64,000 nt of DNA from an uncultured Planctomycetota bacterium (lineage in GTDB: Bacteria; Planctomycetota; Planctomycetia; Pirellulales; Lacipirellulaceae). Positions 1-10,430 of the stretch are shown here, piece by piece. The position numbers were made by a program, and so were the translations under genes. The stretch spans positions 960,001 through 1,024,000 of the forward strand of contig CAVRBU010000002.1 of the NCBI GenBank assembly GCA_963719315.1, in the 5' to 3' direction. The stretch's first letter is position 1; each line of letters opens with the position of its first letter. Below the pieces are notes generated by a model. It searched no databases and had not been told where the DNA came from. It saw only the letters and a list, made by a program, of their open reading frames with translations.

Positions 1-871
1 CACTACGCCGCCCATCGTGCGGGCGACCGCCATCGATCTCTTAGGTAACTACCCATCCAGCGCCAGTGCTACGGCCCGACGCGAAGCCCTGCACAACAGC
101 GACCCGCAGATCCGCTTGGCCGCCATTCGAGTGGTGCCCGGCGACAACCTGGAACTAATGATATCCGATCTGGCGAGCCTGCTGACCGATCCGTTACGGG
201 CAATCCGCATTTCGGCAGCCGCCCAACTCGCACATTTGCCGATCGCCAAGTTGACAGATCACCAGAGGCAGGCCTTCGAAAAGGCGATGGTCGAGTTTCG
301 CGACAGCGAGGAGTTGCAACTCGATCATGCCGGCGCGCATCTGTCACTGGCATCGCACGATCGGCAGCATGGCCGCGTCGAACAGGCGATCGAGCACCTG
401 ACGACAGCAATCAAATTGGAGCCGTATCTCACTGGACCACGTGCGGAACTGGCATCGTTAATGCAAGAACACGGCGGTAATGAAGCTGAAATCCGCCGAC
501 TCCGCAAAGAGGAAGCCGACCTGATGGAACGCGATACGAAGCTTGCGCCAGAAAACGCGGACATCTTTTATAGGCTCGGCCTGCTGCGGTACACGCTTGG
601 CGAGTACGACAAGGCCGATGCGGCCTTTCGGGACGCGTGCGAAAAGGCGCCGCGAGACTACGACTACAGAATGGCGCTCGCGCTGCTCGAGGAAAAGCGT
701 TACGAGGAAACGGGCGACGAAAGGCAATTCAATGCGGCCATCCAGTCGCTGGCGGCGCTCCGCGAATTGAACCGAGACGACCCGCGTGCAGGGCAGATTC
801 TTATGCGGCTCCAGGAAACTCGTAAGCAAAGAGAGCCGGCGAGCGGGCCGCCGGTGCCGGGATCAAAATGA
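1..871 (+). CDS. HEAT/TPR-repeat protein, C-terminal part (5' end outside window)
   Basis: HEAT-like repeats (ALHNSDPQIRLAAIRV, LLTDPLRAIRISAA) followed by TPR motifs (PENADIFYRLGLLRYTLGEYDKADAAFRDACEKAP); frame open from the window edge. Confidence 0.75.
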   Translation, partial: TTPPIVRATAIDLLGNYPSSASATARREALHNSDPQIRLAAIRVVPGDNLELMISDLASLLTDPLRAIRISAAAQLAHLPIAKLTDHQRQAFEKAMVEFRDSEELQLDHAGAHLSLASHDRQHGRVEQAIEHLTTAIKLEPYLTGPRAELASLMQEHGGNEAEIRRLRKEEADLMERDTKLAPENADIFYRLGLLRYTLGEYDKADAAFRDACEKAPRDYDYRMALALLEEKRYEETGDERQFNAAIQSLAALRELNRDDPRAGQILMRLQETRKQREPASGPPVPGSK

Positions 872-1185
872 GGACGTAGATCGTTTTCCGAAATCCCAGC
901 ATGATTTAATCTGTTCGCCCGAGGATGGCTCTTCCTGGTGGACTGCGCTGCCCGAATGATTGAATACTGTTGGCATCCGTGTGAGGAAACAAAGACACGG
1001 CTGATGCTGCTCCCGCTGTCAATGCCACCACCGCCAGCGTTCGGTTTGCGGGTTGGCCGACGGCGTTTGAAGGTGGCCCAGGCGCGAGGTCGATATGCGC
1101 GATAGACCCTTGTGCGCACGAAGGAACGTGCCGGCGGCGTTGGCCCGCCTTCGCCCCTACCCGCCTCGACCGGAAAGGATTCCGG

Positions 1186-1683
1186 ATGTTTTCCGACTCG
1201 ATTGCAGTTTTGCGCAAAATCGTGCGCTCGCTTCTGATCGGCAGTGCGCCAAACCAGCTTGCGGCCGGATTCACGGTCGGCATGGTCATTGGCGTCATGC
1301 CGAAATCGAACCTGATCGCGCTGTCGCTGTGCGTGCTGTTGTTTTCGATGCGCTGCAACAAGGGGCTTGGTCTGGCCGCGGCGGTGGCGTTTTCGTTCGT
1401 CGGCCCGTGGACCGATCCATTTGCCCATAAGCTTGGGCTGGCAGTGCTCGATTTTGGCGCGCTGCAAGCGACGTATGTCTCGGTGTTGAACCTTCCGCTC
1501 GGCGCGTGGCTGGGTTTTAACAACACGGTTGTGGCCGGGTCTTTTTTGATTGGCCTGTATGTAGCGTTTCCAGTTTACTGGTTCACGCGCGTGTTTTTCA
1601 GTGGCCTTCAATCGGTCTTCATCCGGAAGCCAGGCGCGCATTTGGGGATGGATGCCGAGCTTCAACCGAGGGCTGCCGCATGA
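1186..1683 (+). CDS. TIGR03546-family (DUF2062-like) membrane protein
   Basis: PNQLAAGFTVGMVIGVMP...D...HKLGLAVL...FNNTVVAGSFLIGL pattern; ATGA overlap with the next gene. Confidence 0.75.
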   Translation: MFSDSIAVLRKIVRSLLIGSAPNQLAAGFTVGMVIGVMPKSNLIALSLCVLLFSMRCNKGLGLAAAVAFSFVGPWTDPFAHKLGLAVLDFGALQATYVSVLNLPLGAWLGFNNTVVAGSFLIGLYVAFPVYWFTRVFFSGLQSVFIRKPGAHLGMDAELQPRAAA

Positions 1684-3439
1684 GCCGTGGATTGCAATGG
1701 CAAATCTGGGCGCCGCGGTTGATGCTGGTCGTCGTCGTGGCGCTGGCCGTACAATATGGACTGGGCCTGATCGTTCGGTCGATCGCGATTCGATCGGGCG
1801 AAGCGGCGTTTGGAACCCGCGTCGAAGTCGGCAATTCGCGTGTGTCGCTGTGGAATCGACAGGTTGTGCTATACGACTTGCAGCTAGGTAATCCGCGCTG
1901 CCCGACTGACGATCTCGTGGAAGCCGACCGCTGCCAATTGGATATCGCGGTTCAGCCGCTGCTGCACAAGCGAGCGGTAGTTACTCGTGGACGCCTCAGC
2001 GGCTTGCGATTCTCGGCGTTCGCCGGTGGTGATGCGAAGTCGGGTAGTGGAACGGCAACGATTACGCCGCCGATCGAGTGGTTCAAAGACGAGCCGGAAG
2101 CCGTTGCCGGCCAGTGGTTTGCCCATTTGGCCGAGCGATTCAAGCAGAACATGGTGGACCAGCTCGAATCGGTCCAACGCACCGAAGCGTTTTGTGCTCG
2201 CTGGTCGAGCCAGTCGGCCGCCTTGGATACCCGCGGACGCAAGTTGAACGAGCGCGTCGCAAATTTACAAAAATCGGTCGAAGCGGCCGAAGCGAATCCG
2301 CTACGTGGCGACAAAGTGTTGGAAAACCTGCCGCAAACGATCGCCGACCTGCAGAAGGATTTCGCAGATCTGAACGCCGATCTGGCCAGGCTGCCCGACC
2401 AGCTCGATTCCGAACGGCGGGCGATAGTGGCGGCCCGTCGCCACGACGAAGAGCTGTTGCGGAAACTCGCGACGCTCGAACCGCTCGAAGCCGACGCGTT
2501 GAGTGCGTACCTGCTGCGCACGCAAGTCGTCCGGCCGCTTAATGAGCTAGTAGGCTGGCTGCGATGGATGCGCGAACGTTGCCGGCGAATGCAGCCAACG
2601 TCGGCCGCGCTCGCGGCGAGAACATTTTGTTCGCCGGTTGCCGCCGATCGCCCGATGTGTTGATCCAAGCCCTCGACCTGCGCGGTTCTGCGCGGATCGC
2701 GAGTCAGCCCGTCGAGTTCCGTGGAACACTCACGGGATTATCGACGCAGCCGACGCTGACCACAGAGCCAATGCGATTGCGACTCGAAACGGCCGGTTCG
2801 ATGCCGATAGAACTACAAGCCACAATCGACCGCACGCACGGGACCAAGCGCGACGCGCTGCTGTTAGATTGCCAGGGCATTGTCCTGCCGCGGCTGGAAC
2901 TAGGAAAATCAGATCAGCTTACCGTCGCGATCGCGCCGTCGCTCGGGTCGCTGTCGGTCCGCTTGGCTCTCGACGGAGAGAAACTCACTGGCGAAATTCA
3001 AATGGTGCAGCAGAACGTGCGGATCACGCCGGCGCTGGCGGGCGATTTCGCCGACGTGCCGATTTGCGGCGCGCTGGAGGAAACACTTGGCCGCGTTGAT
3101 TCGCTGGCGACCCACGCTTCGCTCGGCGGTACGCTCTCGGAGCCGACGTGCACGCTCTGGTCGAACCTTGGCCCCGCGGTTGCCGTGGCGATCGAGCGGG
3201 CTCTGGAGAGGGCCGGCGGTCGACATGTCCGGGCGCAGTTCGTCGAAGCCGGCAAGCAGGTTGATGAGCGGCTCACGACCGTGGAGCGGCAGATGTCGGA
3301 ACAGCAGACGCGGTGGAGTTCCCGCGTGGCCGAAGTGCGGGTTCAACTCCGCGTGCTCGCGGCGAGCGAAGTGCCACGAGATCGCCTTTCGCCTCAGCGA
3401 ATTGGCCGGCGGTTGCCGAGCAACTCTCTGTTCCGCTAA
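1680..3439 (+). CDS. TIGR03545-family protein, split by a 1-nt frameshift near 2575
   Basis: ORFs 1680-2663 and 2564-3439 join as ...WMRE/TLPANAANVGRARGENILF; N-terminal TM, central coiled coil; usual partner of TIGR03546. Confidence 0.65.
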
Positions 3440-3534
3440 GCGTAGATTGGCCTTCAGCCCGATGCTATATTCTCGCTTCTTCGTTCTCGGCCACCGCCTT
3501 GTCAGGCTAAAGGCTTGACGTACAATCGCATTCC

Positions 3535-4203
3535 ATGTCCACGCTCGCCGTTATCTTTGATATGGATGGTGTGCTCGTCGATTCGTACAAGGCCCACTTC
3601 ATAAGCTGGTCGCGGATGTATCACGAGCAAAAGCTCGAGTATTCGGAGTCCGATTTCGCCGCCGACTTCGGCCGCACGAGCCGCGACATCCTCTCTCGCC
3701 GTTTCGGTGCAGAACTTAGTGAGGGGCAGATTCGGCATTTCGATGATCGCAAAGAGGCACTGTACCGCGACGAGCTCCACGATCATTTTCCGGCAATGGA
3801 TGGCGCGGTCGAGCTAATCGACGCCCTGGCGGCCGACGGATTTCATCTGGCCGTCGGTTCCTCCGGCCCGTCGGAGAATATCGCATTGTGTCTGGAAAAG
3901 TTGGGCCGCGGCGCGAAGTTTGGAGCCCTCGTAACTCGCCAAGACGTGACGCGCGGCAAACCCGATCCGCAGGTGTTTCAACTGGCCGCCGAGAGGCTGG
4001 GCGTCGCTGCCAATTGTTGTGCCGTCGTGGAGGACGCGGTCCACGGCATCGAAGCGGCCAACCGCGCCGGCATGACTAGCATCGCCCTCGTGGGCACATC
4101 GACCCGCGACCAACTCGCGGAAGCCATCCTCGTTATCGATAGCCTCAGGGAGCTATCGCCGGCGACGCTTCGCGAACTGATACTCCGTCGAGCGGTTGGG
4201 TAG
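3535..4203 (+). CDS. HAD-family phosphatase (beta-phosphoglucomutase-like)
   Basis: VIFDMDGVLVDS motif I, GKPDP motif III, VVEDAVHGIEAA motif IV. Confidence 0.9.
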   Translation: MSTLAVIFDMDGVLVDSYKAHFISWSRMYHEQKLEYSESDFAADFGRTSRDILSRRFGAELSEGQIRHFDDRKEALYRDELHDHFPAMDGAVELIDALAADGFHLAVGSSGPSENIALCLEKLGRGAKFGALVTRQDVTRGKPDPQVFQLAAERLGVAANCCAVVEDAVHGIEAANRAGMTSIALVGTSTRDQLAEAILVIDSLRELSPATLRELILRRAVG

Positions 4204-4599
4204 CAGAAAGGCAAAGTGAGAATTTTTGCCGCGCCTCTAGCGTCCCGCTACGCGTCACAAGCCCCAAAGCTTTCCTAGTTTACGTTGCCTGCTGGCCAAA
4301 ATCCCCAAAGCTTGGACATCACCCGAGCCGCGGCCGCACGTACTGTTCCAGGCTTCTCGCGGCAGTCTGCGAAAGGGCCAGATTTTAGCCAAAGTTCGTT
4401 AGACCTTTCTGAAGTGACTCGTTATACTTAGCCGTCAGATAGGTCTTTTCCCGATCTGGTTTGGTGACCTTGTAGGACTCCAAAGCAGTCGCGGAAGCTG
4501 TTGGAACCGCATTTGAAACGCAGCGCGGGGGGATCGTCTCGCAGTCGAACGCCGGCGTCGATGCTTTGAATCGGTTCTATTGTTTTGGAGTTTCGCACG

Positions 4600-4950
4600 A
4601 TGAAGCTGTATGTTGGCAACCTTTCCTTTTCAACAACCGAGGAAACGTTGCAGGCCGAGTTTGGGGCCCACGGTCAAGTGGAAGAAGTGGCCGTGATAAC
4701 GGATCGCGACACGGGTCGTCCGCGCGGTTTTGCCTTCGTTTCGATGAGCAACGACAACGAGGCCCACGCCGCCATTGAAGCGCTCAACGGCACGGAGATC
4801 GATGGTCGTACGATCACCGTCAACGAAGCTAAACCGAAGAGCAACAGCGGCGGCGGTGGTGGTGGTGGTGGTGGTCGCGGCGGCGGTTACCGCGGTGGCG
4901 GAGGTGGCGGCGGCGGTTACCGTGGCGGCGGCGGTGGAAAGCGCTGGTAA
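4600..4950 (+). CDS. RRM RNA-binding protein with Gly-rich tail
   Basis: KLYVGNLSF (RNP2), RGFAFVSM (RNP1), GGGYRGGG tail; GGAG RBS before ATG 4600. Confidence 0.95.
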   Translation: MKLYVGNLSFSTTEETLQAEFGAHGQVEEVAVITDRDTGRPRGFAFVSMSNDNEAHAAIEALNGTEIDGRTITVNEAKPKSNSGGGGGGGGGRGGGYRGGGGGGGGYRGGGGGKRW

Positions 4951-5030
4951 CCTCAAACTCTCGCCCACAAGCCGAGATCATGCCCGCTAGTCGGATGACG
5001 AAGGCGAGTTGACGGCGAATAATTCGAATC

Positions 5031-5067
5031 AGCCCGCTGGCGCGCGAAAGTGCCTCAGCGGGCTTTT
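5031..5067 (+). terminator. Rho-independent terminator
   Basis: AGCCCGCTG...CAGCGGGCT stem with GAAA-capped inner loop, followed by TTT, after the RRM gene. Confidence 0.7.
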
Positions 5068-5108
5068 ATCGTTTACGGGTTCACCAGCCGTCGAATAGGT
5101 AGCTGAAC

Positions 5109-5963
5109 ATGAAGTTTTACAAGTTTTGGGCGCGCGGCGAGGCGATGCTTCAGGACTCAAAGCGGCCCTGGAAGGTTTGTGCGTACGGCGGCTCAGACAA
5201 TTCAATGGAAGAAGCGACTCGCCGAGCGGACGAGCGGGCCAAACAATTGATCGCCGCCATAGAATGCGGAAGCGCGGGAAACGAGTATGGGTACAGCGAC
5301 CGGCCTGTGCGCGAGGAAATCGTCCAGGAATATCGTGACGGCACCGAACTTTCGTCCGCCATTACGCGGAATTCCTACGGCTCGCTCGTGCTGAACACCA
5401 GCCGCGTAATGTTTGTGGATGTGGATGTTCCGAGTGCGGTGACGCTCGGGAGCTTCACTCGCAGTATTTGGGATAAACTGCGTGGAAAGTCCACGCCTCC
5501 ACAAGCCGATGGCGACCTGCAACTCCAGCGAATTGAAGCTGTGGGGCGTGAGCGGCCGGGTTTGGGCTATCGCGTGTATCGCACCGCCGGAGGCTATCGA
5601 GTGCTAATCACGAGCGACCTGTACGATCCCATGTCGCCCGAATCGGAAAAGTTGTTGGCAGCCTTCGGCAGCGATCCGCTCTATACGCGCCTGTGCAAAG
5701 CACAGGAATGCTTTCGGGCACGTCTATCGGCCAAGTTCTGGCGGTGCGGCGCCCGCAGGCCCCCTTCGCGATTTCCGTGGGCCACCGCGGACCAAGAACA
5801 ACAGTATCGAAAATGGGAGGAAGCGTATCACCGCCGGGCCAATCGATTTGCCACATGTCAGCTAATCGGCACATTTGGGCCGCCGGAAGTCTGCGAAGCC
5901 GTCCGGCCGATTCTGGAGATGCACGACAACCTCACGATGCAAGCCGGCGCTCGTCTGGCATGA
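5109..5963 (+). CDS. Conserved hypothetical protein (FVDVD motif)
   Basis: 284-aa ORF with TRNSYG..VLNT..VMFVDVD, YRTAGGYRV and DPLY..LC..QECFRARL blocks. Confidence 0.75.
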   Translation: MKFYKFWARGEAMLQDSKRPWKVCAYGGSDNSMEEATRRADERAKQLIAAIECGSAGNEYGYSDRPVREEIVQEYRDGTELSSAITRNSYGSLVLNTSRVMFVDVDVPSAVTLGSFTRSIWDKLRGKSTPPQADGDLQLQRIEAVGRERPGLGYRVYRTAGGYRVLITSDLYDPMSPESEKLLAAFGSDPLYTRLCKAQECFRARLSAKFWRCGARRPPSRFPWATADQEQQYRKWEEAYHRRANRFATCQLIGTFGPPEVCEAVRPILEMHDNLTMQAGARLA

Positions 5964-6049
5964 ATAATTAGCCGGCCTTGATCGCAATGTACAACGTGGA
6001 ACGCTGCAAAACCCTTGCCGCACGATAACGGGCAAGCTACGCTGCCAGT

Positions 6050-6319
6050 ATGGAAAAAAAGCAACTTCTAGCGACGCTCGATGCACTTCGAGTCGAGGTG
6101 GCGCAGGCTAGCGAGGTCGATCCAGCGATGTTGGACGACCTGCGGCGGCTGACGGATGAAATTCGCCAGGCGATCGACGACGATCAGCCAATGGCCGCGG
6201 TCGACGAGGAAGCCTCGCACGGCTTGAAGGATCTACTGCTGCAGTTCGAGGCCGAGCACCCGCAACTTTCGGTGGCCGTAGGCAAAGTAGCCGACGCCCT
6301 GGCCGCGATGGGCTTTTAG
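6050..6319 (+). CDS. DUF4404-like small helical protein
   Basis: C-terminal FEAEHPQLSVAVGKVADALAAMGF signature. Confidence 0.75.
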   Translation: MEKKQLLATLDALRVEVAQASEVDPAMLDDLRRLTDEIRQAIDDDQPMAAVDEEASHGLKDLLLQFEAEHPQLSVAVGKVADALAAMGF

Positions 6320-6409
6320 CATCTATCCACGACTGCTGTTCGCGGAATGGCGCAGAAATTCGCCTACTTCGTACTCCCAACTTTGCCTTCCCCATTCCCC
6401 ACTCCAATC

Positions 6410-6786
6410 ATGCCCACCAATCTCGGCCACCGCGTTCTGCCCTGCTTGCTGGTCTCGGACATGCGCCGATCGCTCGACTTCTATCTAGAAGTACTGGGCT
6501 TCACGCAAACCGGATATTACCCGATCGAAAGCGAACCGATCCGCACGGAAGTCCGCCGCGATAATGTGGCCCTCATTTTGTACACAGAAGTAATCCACGT
6601 CGGAGACCGAACGCCGGCGTTCACGGGCGCCTGTACATTTTCCCCGAAGGCACCGACGGCGTGGCAGACGAACTGCGCGGCAAAGTGCCGTTCGCCTGGG
6701 GCCCGGAAGAAACCGAGTTTGGCGTCCGCGAATTCGCCATTCGCGACCCGGATGGTTACACGCTGGTGTTCGCCGAACGGGCGTAG
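6410..6786 (+). CDS. VOC/glyoxalase-bleomycin-resistance family protein, frameshift near 6630
   Basis: LLVSDMRRSLDFYLEVLGF in one frame, continued by YIFPEG...GPEETEFGVREFAIRDPDGYTLVFAE* (TAG 6784-6786) in another. Confidence 0.8.
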
Positions 6787-6876
6787 TGCAGTAGTAGGTC
6801 CGCCGAGCGGAGACGAACGTTTCACGTAGCCGCGTCACATCAAGACGCGAAATGGAGTCCGCCGCGGCGGGCTCGC

Positions 6877-9078
6877 CTACATGGGACGCCCAACCCGTAC
6901 CGGCAATGTCGCAAGCGACGCGAAGATCGCATCGACTGCATCGGACGACGTATTCGACTCCGTACCGATAAGTGAGCCATTGTTCGACGATTGCATAACA
7001 CCCCCGCTGTCCGGACGCTGATCGCGCCCCCGCGACGCCAGCCAGGCAGTCAGCGCGTGATCGTCAAATCGTCCGACAGCCACCGGGTTCGCCGAGGGAA
7101 GTGTCCGAGGTGCGCGACGGCTAATTGGTCCCGAAGTGCCGAAACTCGCGATCTCCTGTGGCGGAACATTTTGTTCCGTTGTCGCCAACGCACTAACGCG
7201 CGGCAAAGCCGCGGGCTGTGGAATAGTGTCGATCGGCACCAATTGCTCCGCTATTCCGCTGCCCGCGCCGGCGACCGGAACCGTCTCGCCAAAATGCGCC
7301 CGCCACACGTCGTAATCACCCGAGCCGATCGTGCCGTCGCCGTCGCCATCGGCGCCGCTGAAGTTGGCGACGGCATCGCCCAGCGTCTTTCGCCAGACGA
7401 TGTAGTCGGCCGCGTCCACTTCGCCGTTCTGGTTATAATCGCCGAAGGCTACTGCGGGGATCGGCTGCATTTCAAACGCGCCAATGTCGATCGGTCCACC
7501 GGAGACGCGCGTAAAGGGCGCACCGCGCTGGTCGTTCGTCGGCACGCCATCCATGCCGGCTACCGCCGCCGGGTCGCCCATGTCAATCGCCGGGCTGCCG
7601 GCTAACAACGCATGCGTCATCGTCGGCCCGCCGTTATCGGCCAATGGTCCAAGCAGCGGATCGGCCACGCCGGTCTGGTCGCCCGACTGGCCGAAGGCAG
7701 CCAGATTGTTACCGGCACCGATCAAGTTGTATCCGTTGGATGTCAATGAGTTTACCGGGGGTCCGCCCAAATCGACCAAATCGACATCACTATTCGTATT
7801 GCCCGCAACAACGCTTGACAGGAATTCCGTCTGCGTCGCTGCGTCGCCGAACGAAGCCACGCCGCTGCCTTTGTCGGGCAGTGCCGCGTTGTTCGTGATC
7901 GTGCTGTGACGAATGACGGTGAGCCCGTCGATATTGTAGACGCCACCACCGACGGTAGCGGCGGTGTTGCCGCTGATCGTACTGTTGACGACCGATGTCG
8001 TGTGCATGCCGGTGAGGTCTGTATTGCTGAAAATGCCGCCACCGCGAGTGCTGGCCACGTTGCCGCTGAGCGTACTGCCGCTGACGGTCAGATTGCCGTT
8101 ATTTCGAATCCCGGCGCCGTCGTCGGCTGAATTTCCACTGATGGTACTGCCGACAATCGAGACCTCGCCGTCAAGTTCAAGATGAATGCCGCCACCGTCT
8201 CCATTTGAATAGTTGTCTCTTATGGTGCTATAGCTAATTGCGGTCAGACCGACCGCGTCGAACACGCCGCCCCCATTGTCGGCGGCTGAGTTGTCGCTGA
8301 CCGTACTGTGGGTGATTGTGGTTGTCGGGCCGAACAGGCCTGAAAAACTATAAATCCCGCCGCCGTTGCCGCCCGCCGAGTTGCCGCTGATCGTGCTGCC
8401 GTCGACGGCCAAGCCACCAATGCTTTCGATCCCGCCGCCGTCGGCGCCCGCCGAGTTGTTGCTGATCGTACTGCTGTTGATCGTCATATAGTCTTGGTTA
8501 TAGATTCCGCCGCCGTTATTGTTGGCCGAGTTGCCGGTGATCGTGCTGCCGACCAACGTCATGTTTTCCTGGCTGCGGATTGCGCCGCCACTAACGGCGG
8601 AGTTGCCCGTCATCGTGCAGTCGGTGACTGACAGGTCTTCGAAGTTGTCGATGGCGCCGCCGTAGGTGGCCGTATCGCCACCGGTCAATGTCAGCCCGTT
8701 GATGGCCACGGCGATCGACGTGACGTCATCGGCATCGCGGATCAGGAACACCCGGCTGCCATCGCCATTTTTGATCGCGGGTGTCGGATCGTAGGCCTTG
8801 ATCGTTAGCAGATTGGCGCCCGGGCCGTTGATCGTAAGATTCTTGTTGATCAATATCTGGCCCAGCGACGAGAGGTTGATCGTGCCGGTAACTGAAAAGT
8901 CGATCGTCTCGCCCGATGTGGCGGCGGTCGCGACCGCCTCGCGGAGCGTTGTTAGGCCGTCGTTGGCGTTAACATCGATCAGAGTGTTAACCGTGATCGA
9001 CAGCAGCCGGCGAACTTCCAGCGGCTCGATCCGCAGCCGACGGTGAAAAGTTTTACCGTCCGATCGCTGATTCGTCAT
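6877..9078 (-). CDS. Secreted beta-helix protein (CSLREA-like start, GGAI/Pmp repeats, choice-of-anchor Q, dockerin-like tail)
   Basis: N-terminal RRLRIEPLEVRRLLS planctomycete signal; TTLREAV; repeated STISGNSA.GGGI; LGPLADNGGPTMTHALLAGSPAID...DIGAFE; GDYNQNGEVDAADYIVWRK. Confidence 0.85.
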   Translation of the reverse strand: MTNQRSDGKTFHRRLRIEPLEVRRLLSITVNTLIDVNANDGLTTLREAVATAATSGETIDFSVTGTINLSSLGQILINKNLTINGPGANLLTIKAYDPTPAIKNGDGSRVFLIRDADDVTSIAVAINGLTLTGGDTATYGGAIDNFEDLSVTDCTMTGNSAVSGGAIRSQENMTLVGSTITGNSANNNGGGIYNQDYMTINSSTISNNSAGADGGGIESIGGLAVDGSTISGNSAGGNGGGIYSFSGLFGPTTTITHSTVSDNSAADNGGGVFDAVGLTAISYSTIRDNYSNGDGGGIHLELDGEVSIVGSTISGNSADDGAGIRNNGNLTVSGSTLSGNVASTRGGGIFSNTDLTGMHTTSVVNSTISGNTAATVGGGVYNIDGLTVIRHSTITNNAALPDKGSGVASFGDAATQTEFLSSVVAGNTNSDVDLVDLGGPPVNSLTSNGYNLIGAGNNLAAFGQSGDQTGVADPLLGPLADNGGPTMTHALLAGSPAIDMGDPAAVAGMDGVPTNDQRGAPFTRVSGGPIDIGAFEMQPIPAVAFGDYNQNGEVDAADYIVWRKTLGDAVANFSGADGDGDGTIGSGDYDVWRAHFGETVPVAGAGSGIAEQLVPIDTIPQPAALPRVSALATTEQNVPPQEIASFGTSGPISRRAPRTLPSANPVAVGRFDDHALTAWLASRGRDQRPDSGGVMQSSNNGSLIGTESNTSSDAVDAIFASLATLPVRVGRPM

Positions 9079-9295
9079 CCTTCGACGACTGGAATGAAGT
9101 CCAAAAAGAACTAGAAGCCGTTCGTGGCGCGTACGACGAGCCATATATCGTCTCTCCCAGAGTTCGCCGATCGGAAGAATGAGCGGGCATTATACGCCCG
9201 GCAATGGGTAGAGCAACAATATTCCGGCGGATTATCGCTAGTCGCCAGGAGTATCTATCGCTTCTCGCTACGAATTTGTACTGGGCGAGCGGGAA

Positions 9296-10281
9296 TTAAG
9301 AGAATGCCCGCTTTGTCGCCGCCGTACCGCGGGCGGAGATCGCCGAGTCGATGATCGCGCGCTGCTCAGGCGTGAGCGACCAGCCCATCGCGCCGGCTGT
9401 TTCTTCGATCTGCGCGGGCCGCTTCGCGCCGCACAGCGCGCTAGTAATGCCGAGTTGGCTGAACGTCCAATTGACGACGAGTTGGGCGACGGAGTGACCC
9501 GTGAGTGCGGCCGCTTCGCGCAGCCGATCGATGAAGTCCTGGTTGCGTTGCCATTCTTCGCCGGTGTAGCCGGGATACTTGCGGCGGCCGTCGCGCTCGT
9601 CGAGTTGTGTATCGCGTTTCAATTTGCCGGCCAGAATTCCCTTCATCAGCGGCCAATAGACCATGACCGCCACGTTGCGCTCGCGGCACCAGGGAATGGT
9701 GCGCTGCTCGATTCCGCGAGCCAGCATGTTGTAAGGGAGTTGCACGGCCGTGATCGGGCACACGGCGGCGAATTCCTCCATCTGTTCGACCGTGAAATTG
9801 GAAACGCCGACCGACCGCGTTTTGCCGGCCCGCATCAATTCGCAGAGCGCACGGCGGATTCGGCCACCGGCACTTTTTCATCGGGCGTGTGCAGGTACAG
9901 CAATTCCACCCGGTCGGTGCCGAGCCGCTGGAGCGATTCTTCGCACTCCGCCCGCAGCCGTTCGGGCCGGCCATCGGTCACCATCTCGGGCCCGTCGTAG
10001 TGAATGCCGCACTTCGTGGCGATGACCAGTTCGTCGCGGCGACCCGCGATCGCCCGGCGAATGAGGTTTTCGCTCTCGCCATTCGAGCCGTAGACGTAGG
10101 CCGTGTCGAGGTGATTGATGCCGACGTCGAAACACATCTGGATCGTGGCGATGCTGTCGGCATCATTTGTGTCCAGCGTCGTAATGCCCGCGATCGGCCA
10201 ACAACCGAGCGCAACTGGCGAGACAGAGTACTCCGATTTTCCCAGCGGACGGCGCTCTAATGACGGCGCATTTGTATTCAT
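9296..10281 (-). CDS. Aldo/keto reductase, frameshift near 9850
   Basis: ALGCW, DTAYVYG, IATKCG, DRVELLYLH in ORF 9835-10281; GKTRSVGVSNF, QLPYNML in ORF 9296-9838. Confidence 0.9.
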
Positions 10282-10292
10282 ACCGATATTTC

Positions 10293-10424
10293 ACCACAAC
10301 GGCACGACGGGCACAACTTGGAGAGGAATGACCAAGCACCAATGACCAATCGATAAACTACGCGGCGATTTTTGGTCATTGGAATTTGGTCATCTGTTCC
10401 ATCGTGTCCTTCATGCCTTGTGGT
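10293..10424. repeat. Nested palindrome of 9-mer and 7-mer tandem repeats
   Basis: Outer ACCACAACGGCACGACGGGCAC / GTGTCCTTCATGCCTTGTGGT; inner AATGACC-AAGCACC-AATGACC / TTTGGTC-ATTGGAA-TTTGGTC. Confidence 0.7.
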
Positions 10425-10430
10425 TGATGG

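Noticed and set aside
4845..4940. GGT/GGC microsatellite
   Set aside because: Encodes the normal Gly-rich tail of the RRM protein
7900..8700. Periodic DNA repeats
   Set aside because: They reflect the STISGNSA-GGGI beta-helix protein repeats
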